DNA of 64,000 bases, taken from Eledone cirrhosa (taxonomy: Eukaryota). The position numbers and the translations under genes were made by a program. This document shows positions 51,401-64,000 of the stretch, piece by piece. Position 1 is the first letter of the stretch, and each line of letters opens with the position of its first letter. A model generated the notes under the pieces. The model ran no database searches, had not been told where the DNA came from, and saw only the letters and a list, made by a program, of their open reading frames with translations. The DNA lies in the NCBI GenBank assembly GCA_964016885.1, contig OZ024761.1:6324001-6388000 (forward strand), read 5' to 3'.

Positions 51401-54400
51401 CTGGTACTACTAGTACCAATAGTTTCTACTTTAGTCACAAGGCCACCAATAAAACCAATGTATTACTGGTACTACTAGTAACAATAGTTTCTACTATAGT
51501 CACAAGGCCACCAATGACACCAATGTATTACTGGTACTACTAGTAACAATAGTTTCTACTTTAGTCACAAGATCACCAATAACACTAGTGTATTACTGGT
51601 ACTACTAGTAACAATATTTTCTACTTTAGTCACAAGGCCACCAATAACACCAATGTATTACTGGTACTACTAGTAACAATAGTTTCTACTTTAGTCACAA
51701 GGCCACCAATAACACCAGTGTATTACTGGTACTACTAGTAACAATAGTTTCTACTATAGTCACAAGGCCACCAATAACACTAATGTATTACTGGTACTAC
51801 TAGTAACAATAGTTTCTACTTTAGTCACAAGGCCACCAATAACACCAGTGTATTACTGGTACTACTAGTAACAATAGTTTCTACTATAGTCACAAGGCCA
51901 CCAATAACACTAATGTATTACTGGTACTACTAGTAACAATAGTTTCTACTTTAGTCACAAGACCACCAATAACACCAGTGTATTACTGGTACTACTAGTA
52001 ACAATATTTTCTTCTTTAGTCACAAGGCCACCAATAACCTCAGTGTATTACTGGTACTACTAGTAACAATAGTTTCTACTTTAGTCACAAGGCCACCAAT
52101 AACACCAATGTATGACTGGTACTACTAGTAACAATAGTTTCTACTTTAGACACAAGACCACCAATAACACCAGTGTATTACTGGTGCTACTAGTAACACT
52201 AGTTTCTACTTTAGTCACAAGACCACCAATAACACCAGTGTATTACTGGTACTACTAGTAACAATAGTTTCTACTTTAGTCACAAGGCCACCAATAACAC
52301 CAATGTATTACTGGTACTACTAGTAACACTAGTTTCTACTATAGTCACAAGCCCACCAATAACACCTGTGTATTACTGGTACTACTAGTAACACTAGTTA
52401 CTACTTTAGTCACAAGGCCACCAATAACACCAGTGTATTACTGGTACTACTAGTAACACTAGTTACTACTTTAGTCACAAGACCACCAATAACACCAATG
52501 TATGACTGGTACTAGTAGTAACAATAGTTTCTACCTTAGACACAAGGCCACCAATAACTCCAGTGTATTACTGGTACTACTAGTAACAATAGTTTCTACT
52601 ATAGTCACAAGCCCACCAATAACACCAGTGTATTAATGGTACTACTAGTAACACTAGTTACTACTTTAGTCACAAGGCCACCAATAACACCAATGTATGA
52701 CTGGTACTACTAGTAACAATAGTTTCTACTTTAGACACAAGGCCACCAATAACACCAGTGTATTACTGGTACTACTAGTAACAATGGTTTCTACTTTAGT
52801 CACAAGACCACCAATAACACCAGTGTATTACTGGTACTACTAGTGACAATACTTTCTACTTTAGTCACAAGGCCACCAATAACACCAATGTATGACTGGT
52901 ACTACGAGTAACAATAGTTTCTAATTTAGTCACAAAACCACCAATAACACCAGTGTATTACTGGTACTACTAGTAACAATAGTTTCTACTTTAGTCACAA
53001 GGCCACCAATAACTCCAGTGTATTACTGGTACTACTAGTAACAATAGTTTCTACTTTAGTCACAACACCACCAATAACACCAGTGTATTACTGGTACTAC
53101 TAGTAACAATAGTTTCTACTTTAGTCACAAGGCCACCAATAACACCAGTGTATTACTGGTACTACTAGTAACAGTAGTTTCTACTTTAGACACAAGGCCA
53201 CCAATAACACCAGTGTATTACTGGTACTACTAGTAACAGTAGTTTCTACTTTAGTCACAAGGCCACCAATAACACCAGTGTATTACTGGTACTACTAGTA
53301 ACAGTAGTTTCTACTTTAGTCACAAGGCCACCAATAACACCAGTGTATTACTGGTACTACTAGTAACAATAGTTTCTACATTAGTCACAAGGCCACCAAT
53401 AACACCAGTGTATTACTGGTACTACTAGTAACAGTAGTTTCTACTTTAGTCACAAGGCCACCAATAACACCAGTGTATTACTGGTACTACTAGTAACAAT
53501 AGTTTCTACTTTAGTCACAAGGCCACCAATAAGACCAGTGTATTACTGGTACTACTAGTAACAATAGTTTCTACTTTAGTCACAAGGCCACCAATAAAAC
53601 CAGTGTATTACTGGTACTACTAGTAACAATAGTTTCTACTTTAGTCACAAGGCCACCAATAACCTCAGTCTATTACTGGTACTACTAGTAACAATAGTTT
53701 CTACTTTAGTCACAAGGCCACCAATAACCTCAGTGTATTACTGGTACCACTAGTAACAATAGTTTCTACTTTAGTCACAAGCCCACCAATAACACCAGTG
53801 TATTACTGGTACTACTAGTAACAATAGTTTCTACTATAGTCACAAGACCACCAATAACACCAATGTATGACTGGTACTACTAGTAAAAATAGTTTCTACT
53901 TTAGTCACAAAACTACCAATAACACCAGTGTATTACTGGTACTACTAGTACCAATAGTTTCTACTTTAGTCACAGGGCCACCAATAACACCAGTGTATTA
54001 CTGGTACTACTAGTAACAATAGTTTCTACTTTAGTCACAAGGCCACCAATAACACCAGTGTATTACTGGTACTACTAGTACCAATAGTTTCTACTTTAGT
54101 CACAAGACCACCAATAACACCAGTGTATTACTGGTACTACTAGTAACCATAGTTTCTACTTTAGTCACAAAGCCACCAATAACACCAGTGTATTACTGGT
54201 ACTACTAGTAACAATAGTTTCTACTTTAGTCACAAGGCCACCAATAACACCAGTGTATTACTGGTACTACTAGTAACAATAGTTTCTACTTTAGTCACAA
54301 GGCCACCAATAACACCAGTGTATTACTGGTACTACTAGTAACAATATTTTCTTCTTTAGTCACAAGGCCACCAATAACACCAGTGTATTACTGGTACTAC

Positions 54401-54744
54401 TAGTAACAATAGTTTCTACTTTAGTCACAAGACCACAATAACCTCAGTGTATTACTGGTACTACTAGTAACAATAATTTCTACTTTAGTCGCAAGGCCAC
54501 CAATAACACCAGTGTATTACTGGTACTACTAGTAACAATAGTTTCTACTTTAGTCACAAGACCACCAATAACACCAGTGTATTACTGGTACTACTAGTAC
54601 CAATAGTACCCCATTGTATTACTGGTACTTTATTTTATCAGACCCTGTAAGGATTAAGGCAAATTTAACCTGTGTGGCATTTGAACTCAGAACGTAAAGA
54701 GCCATAACTCTATGCCACGAAGATTCTGCTACCAATCCACCGCC
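48476..54744 (-). mobile_element. tRNA-derived SINE split by an internal 65-bp satellite
   Basis: Long-type SINE tail at 48476-48548; body and head resume at about 54610-54744 (ACTGGTACTTTATTTTATC...TTTGAACTCAG...CCAATCCACCGCC). Confidence 0.82.
48530..54600. repeat. 65-bp satellite, about 93 copies, derived from the SINE 3' tail
   Basis: GTTTCTACTTTAGTCACAAGGCCACCAATAACACCAGTGTATTACTGGTACTACTAGTAACAATA versus SINE GTTTCTACTTTAGGCACAAGGCCAGCAATTATCCAGTGCATTACTGGTACT. Confidence 0.96.
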
Positions 54745-54789
54745 ATAATAAAAAAACTCTATTGTATCACCATATACTGCAATATCACA

Positions 54790-55380
54790 ACACCACCACC
54801 ACCACCACTACCACTACTACCACTACCACCACTACCACTACCACCACTACTACCACTACCACCACTACCACTTCCACCATTACCACTTCTACCACTACCA
54901 CCACTACCACTACCACCACCATTACCACTTCCCCCACTACCACTTCTACCACTACCACTACTACCACTACCACCACTACCACTACTAACACCACCACTAC
55001 CACCACTACCACTACTACCACTACCACCACTACACCACTAACACCACCACTACCACCACTACCACCACCACTACCACTACTACTACCACCACTACCACTA
55101 CTACTACCACCACTACTACTTCCACCACCACCACCACCACCACCACTACTACTACCACCACTACCACCACTATCACCACCACCACTACTACCACTACTAC
55201 CACTACCACCACTACCACTTCTACCACTACCACCACTACCACTACTACCACCACCACTACCACCAATACCACCACAACCACTACTACTACGACCACCCCC
55301 ACTACCACTACCACTAACACCACTACCACTACCACCACTACCACCACTGAAACTACCACTACTACCACCACTACCACTAC
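54790..55380. repeat. (ACC)n/(ACT)n tract
   Basis: Direct observation. Confidence 0.95.
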
Positions 55381-55721
55381 ATTAACACATACACACACAC
55401 ACACACACACTCACATACACACACGCACTCACACACACACACACTCACACACATCAAATCAAGTGAATATTTGTCTTTGTCGTTATCTCTCGTCAATATC
55501 CCTCCAACCGCCACCACCACACCAGATACGGCGCTGCTCCACCTAGCGGCCGAGCTAGGAGAGACCGGCCATAACTCTGTGTAACTTGAGCCGTTATTCT
55601 ACAAGAGAAGCGGCATTGGGTTGCACACGGACTGAAGGTCTGGCGTTTTAACAACGGAAATTAGTGACGGTTGTCTGTCAAACATGGCTGCGTCAGCCCA
55701 CTCCGGCACCTTCTGCTCTCC

Positions 55722-58085
<2,364 letters not shown>

Positions 58086-58149
58086 AACTGACTTTTTATG
58101 TCCATACAAATATTATTAGTTTAGATATACAGAAATCTAAGCGAGGTGC

Positions 58150-59160
58150 GACACATACATACATACACATACACACACCGCACACATACACACCGCACAC
58201 ATACACACCGCACAAATACACACCAAACACATACACACCACACACATACACACCGCACACATACACACCACACACATACACACCGCACACATACACACCA
58301 CACACATACACACCAAACACATACACACCACACACATACACACCGCACACATACACACCACACACATACACACCGCACACATACACACCACACACATACA
58401 CACCAAACACATACACACCACACACATACACACCAAACACATACACACCACACACATACACACCACACACATACACAACACACACATACACACCAAACAC
58501 ATACACATGAAACTAATCCCTGTACACACACCACACACACACCACACACACCACACACACACCACACACACCACAAACACACCACACACACCACAAACAC
58601 ACCACACACACACCACACACACCACACACACCACACACACCACACACACACCACACACACACAGCTATCAATTTACACCACACAATCTATCTAATTATTC
58701 CACCTCTACCACAAACCTTAACCCCTCTTTCTCTTTCACGCTTTCTCTCTTTCTCTCTCTCACCATGTCTCCTTTCTCTCTCTCATCCTGTCTCTCTTTC
58801 TCTCTCTCACCCTGTCTCTCTTTCACTCTGTCTTTCTCTCTTTCTCTCTTTCTCTCTCTCTCTTTCTCTCTTTCTCTCTCTCTCTTTCTCTCTCACTCTC
58901 TCTCCCTCTCACTCCCTCTCTCTCTCTCACCCTCTCTCTCTCTCACCCTCTCTCTCTCACTCTCTTTCTCTCTCTCACCCTCTCTCTCTCAACCTCTCTC
59001 TCTCACCCTCTCTCTCTCATTCTCTTTCTCTCTTTCACCCTCTCTCTCTTTCTCTCTCTCACCCTGTCTCTCTTTCTCTCTTTCTCTCTTTCACTCTGTC
59101 TCTCTTTCTCTCTTTCACTCTGTCTCTCTTTCCCTCTTTCTCTCTCTCTCTTTCTCCCCC
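58150..59160. repeat. 15-bp CACACATACACACC(A/G) minisatellite followed by a (CT)n-rich tract
   Basis: Direct observation. Confidence 0.92.
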
Positions 59161-59509
59161 CCCCATTCCCCACTCTCAATCTTTCTTATTTTTTTCTCCT
59201 TTTCTCATCTTTCTCTTTAAAAAGACTGTGTAGCAGCAACAACAGCATTAACAACAACAATAATATCAACAACAACAACAACAACAACAATAACAATATA
59301 CAATACTAACAATAACAACACCACCAACAACACCAACAACACCAACACCACCACCACCGACAACAGACTCCCCTCTTCTCTTCCTACAGTAAAGAAGATC
59401 TCCCTTTTCCGTATGTAAACACAAAACACTCAACGGAAATAGATCCACATTGATGTAGATGATGATGATGATGATGATGATGATATATATATATATGTGT
59501 GTATGTGTG

Positions 59510-59579
<70 letters not shown>

Positions 59580-59899
59580 TATAAATTTGTGCTCATGACT
59601 TTATACAGTCCCACAAGTATTACATGTATTTCAGTCTATAAACACAGTCATATACATCTAGGCCTGTGTGTATAGTTTTTCAAGCATAGATATATATACG
59701 TGCATACATATATATATATGTGTGTGTGTATGTGTATATACATACAAATATATATATGTATATACATATATATATGTGTTTGTATGCGTTGTACGTATTT
59801 CTCATATCACTTTACTTATCTCTCTAAACAGTTACACAAACTCCACTATTAAAGACAACAATAACAATAACAATAACATTTGTTATTAATCAGAGGGAC

Positions 59900-62800
59900 T
59901 GTGTATGAGGGGGACATTACAGTGACAATTTCACTCTACCCCAGACAGTGAGGAAGGACATAGGACCGTGTATAAGGGGGACATACAGTGACAATTTCAC
60001 CCTACCCCGGTTCGCGGATGAGGGGGACATTACAGTGACAATTTCAACCCCAGTCCAGACGGGGAGGAAGGACATAGGACCGTGTATGAGGGGGACATTA
60101 CAGTGACAATTTCAACCCCAGTCCAGACGAGGAGGAAGGACACAGGACCGTGTATGAGGGGGACATTACGGTGACAATTTCAACCCCAGCCCAGACGGGG
60201 AGGAAGGACATAGGACCGTGTATGAGGGGGACATTACAGTGACAATTTCAACCCCAGCCCAGACGGGGAGGAAGGACATAGGACCGTGTATGAGGGGGAC
60301 ATTACAGTGACAATTTCAACCCCAGTCCAGACGAGGAGGAAGGACATAGGACCGTGTATGAGGGGGACATTACAGTGACAATTTCAACCCCAGCCCAGAC
60401 GGGGAGGAAGGACATAGGACCGTGTATGAGGGGGACATTACAGTGACAATTTCAACCCCAGCCCAGACGAGGAGGAAGGACATAGGACCGTGTATGAGGG
60501 GGACATTACAGTGACAATTTCAACCCCAGTCCAGACGGGGAGGAAGGACACAGGACCGTGTATGAGGGGGACATTACAGTGACAATTTCAACCCCAGCCC
60601 AGACGGTGAGGAAGGACATAGGACCGTGTATGAGGGGGACATTACAGTGACAATTTCAACCCCAGTCCAGACGAGGAGGAAGGACATAGGACCGTGTATG
60701 AGGGGGACATTACAGTGACAATTTCAACCCCAGTCCAGACGAGGAGGAAGGACACAGGACCGTGTATGAGGGGGACATTACAGTGACAATTTCAACCCCA
60801 GTCCAGACGGGGAGGAAGGACATAGGACCGTGTATGAGGGGGACATTACAGTGACAATTTCAACCCCAGTCCAGACGGGGAGGAAGGACATAGGACCGTG
60901 TATGAGGGGGACATTACAGTGACAATTTCAACCCCAGTCCAGACGAGGAGGAAGGACATAGGACCGTGTATGAGGGGGACATTACAGTGACAATTTCAAC
61001 CCCAGCCCAGACGGTGAGGAAGGACATAGGACCGTGTATGAGGGGGACATTACAGTGACAATTTCAACCCCAGTCCAGACGAGGAGGAAGGACATAGGAC
61101 CGTGTATGAGGGGGACATTACAGTGACAATTTCAACCCCAGTCCAGACGAGGAGGAAGGACACAGGACCGTGTATGAGGGGGACATTACAGTGACAATTT
61201 CAACCCCAGTCCAGACGGGGAGGAAGGACATAGGACCGTGTATGAGGGGGACATTACAGTGACAATTTCAACCCCAGTCCAGACGGGGAGGAAGGACATA
61301 GGACCGTGTATGAGGGGGACATTACAGTGACAATTTCAACCCCAGTCCAGACGGGGAGGAAGGACATAGGACCGTGTATGAGGGGGACATTACAGTGACA
61401 ATTTCAACCCGAGCCCAGACGGGGAGGAAGGACATAGGACCGTGTATGAGGGGGACATTACAGTGACAATTTCAACCCCAGTCCAGACGGGGAGGAAGGA
61501 CATAGGACCGTGTATGAGGGGGACATTACAGTGACAATTTCAACCCCAGTCCAGACGGGGAGGAAGGACATAGGACCGTGTATGAGGGGGACATTACAGT
61601 GACAATTTCAACCCGAAGGACATAGGACCGTGTATGAGGGGGACATTACAGTGACAATTTCAACCCCAGCCCAGACGGGAGGAAGGACACAGGACCGTGT
61701 ATGAGGGGACATTACAGTGACAATTCAACCCCAGTCCAGACGGGGAGGAAGGACATAGGACCGTGTATGAGGGGACATTACAGTGACAATTTCAACCCCA
61801 GTCCAGACGGGGAGGAAGGACATAGGACCGTGTATGAGGGGGACATTACAGTGACAATTTCAACCCGAGCCCTGACGGGAGGAAGGACATAGGACCGTGT
61901 ATGAGGGCGGACCATTACAGTGACAATTTCAACCCAGTCCAGACGGGGAGGAAGGACATAGGACCGTGTATGAGGGGGACATTACAGTGACAATTTCAAC
62001 CCCAGTCCAGACGGGGAGGAAGGACATAGGACCGTGTATGAGGGGGACATTACAGTGACCATTCAACCCCAGCCCAGACGGGGAGGAAGGACATAGGACC
62101 GTGTATGAGGGGGACATTACAGTGACAATTTCAACCCCAGGCCCAGACGGGAGGAAGGACACAGGACCGTGTATGAGGGGGACATTACAGTGACAATTTC
62201 ACACCCAGTCCAGACGGGGAGGAAGGACATAGGACCGTGTATGAGGGGGGACATTACAGTGACAATTTCAACCCCAGTCCAGACGGGGAGGAAGGACATA
62301 GGACCGTGTATGAGGGGGGACATTACAGTGACAATTTCAACCCGAGCCAGACGGGGAGGAAGGACATAGGACCGTGTATGAGGGGGACATTACAGTGACA
62401 ATTTCAACCCCAGTCCAGACGGGGGAGAAGGACATAGGACCGTGTATGAGGGGGACATTAACAGTGACAATTCAACCCCAGTCCAGACGGGGAGGAAGAC
62501 ATAGACCGTGTATGAGGGGGACATTACAGTGACAATTTCAACCCCAGCCCAGACGGGGAGGAAGGACATAGGACCGTGTATGAGGGGGACATTACAGTGA
62601 CAATTTCAACCCAGCCCAGACGGGGAGGAAGGACACAGGACCGTGTATGAGGGGGACATTACAGTGACAATTTCAACCCAGTCCAGACGGGGAGGAAGGA
62701 CATAGGACCGTGTATGAGGGGGACATTACAGTGACAATTTCAACCCCAGTCCAGACGGGGAGGAAGGACATAGGATCGTGTATGAGGGGGGACATTACAG

Positions 62801-63460
62801 TGACAATTTCAACCCGAGCCCAGACGGGGAGGAAGGACATAGGACCGTGTATGAGGGGGACATTACAGTGACAATTTCAACCCCAGTCCAGACGGGGAGG
62901 AAGGACATAGGACCGTGTATGAGGGGGGACATTACAGTGACAATTTCAACCCAGTCCAGACGGGGAGGAAGGACATAGGACCGTGTATGAGGGGGACATT
63001 ACAGTGACAATTTCAACCCGAGCCCAGACGGGGAGGAAGGACATAGGACCGTGTATGAGGGGGACATTACAGTGACAATTTCAACCCCAGTCCAGACGGG
63101 GAGGAAGGACATAGGACCGTGTATGAGGGGGACATTACAGTGACAATTTCAACCCGAGCCCAGACGGGGAGGAAGGACATAGGACCGTGTATGAGGGGGA
63201 CATTACAGTGACAATTTCAACCCCAGCCCAGACGGGGAGGGAAGGACATAGGACCGTGTATGAGGGGGGACATTACAGTGACAATTTCAACCCCAGCCCA
63301 GACGGGGAGGAAGGACACAGGACCGTGTATGAGGGGGACATTACAGTGACAATTTCAACCCCAGCCAGACGGGGAGGAAGGACATAGGACCGTGTATGAG
63401 GGGGACATTACAGTGACAATTTCAACCCCAGCCCAGACGGGGAGGAAGGACATAGGACCA
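59900..63460. repeat. 68-bp satellite, about 52 copies
   Basis: GTGTATGAGGGGGACATTACAGTGACAATTTCAACCCCAG(T/C)CCAGACG(G/A)GGAGGAAGGACA(T/C)AGGACC. Confidence 0.97.
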
Positions 63461-64000
63461 GGCCCGTGTATAAGAAAAGTTAAGGTCCTTCCCAAGCCTA
63501 GAATCTCATTAGCACAGAGTGTGGTACCGACGTCGATGGCCGTTAAATAAGAATACAAGACCATCTCCCCTAACCGGATGTGACGTCAGTCTAGTACAGG
63601 GCTGCTATTGTTTTACACCTGAATGGAACAATTTGACTTGATGGTACATACACCAGAATGTTGGACATACAACTGGGGTGTCATCTCCTGAGGGAGTCAT
63701 CAAACAACACTATAGATCCCAGTCTCACATCTCGGCAGTTGTCAACCGTCATTTGGGCCATTGTCGTCGGCCATGTCACCCCCCCCCCCCCCTGAACCAA
63801 CTGTCTGACCTAGCCCGCCACGTCACTCACCATAAATCCCCACCCCCATGCCTGACCCCCTGCTGACCATGTCACCATAATCCTCCCCTTGGTATCAACT
63901 GATCATGTCACTCACCCCCCTCCCCCGTACCAAGTGTCTGACCCTTGCTGACCATGTTACGCCCCGCCTCGGTGTCTGACCCTTGCTGACCATGTCACTC

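Noticed and set aside
63470-63640. Possible old SINE remnant on the minus strand
   Set aside because: Similarity too weak to support without a database search

Overview
Eukaryotic, extremely repeat-rich, probably intronic or intergenic DNA. The tRNA-derived SINE family and the (TA)n-saturated landscape suggest an octopod cephalopod (inference). I found no convincing intact host CDS: almost all long ORFs in the track are translations of micro- and minisatellites. Recognisable coding remnants are a decayed Penelope-like element (RT + GIY-YIG, 13081-15026, +), a decayed CRE-clade non-LTR retrotransposon (RT + restriction-like endonuclease, 38508-40233, -) with two more CRE 3' fragments, and an RTE-type LINE 3' end. 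Four things stand out. (1) About 12 complete or near-complete type I hammerhead ribozyme (HHR) motifs from about 7 sequence families, plus several half-motifs, sit in short non-coding islands between (TA)n tracts, and many of the islands are fold-back (inverted-repeat) insertions. (2) A non-coding 609-bp partial-tandem unit carries a large HHR and looks like a retrozyme reverse-transcribed from a circular RNA. (3) Two HHR families show the compensatory U3-A8 core variant. (4) Two multi-kb satellites arose inside single SINE copies; one amplifies the Pol III A-box about 130 times. All folds, alignments and copy numbers were done by eye.
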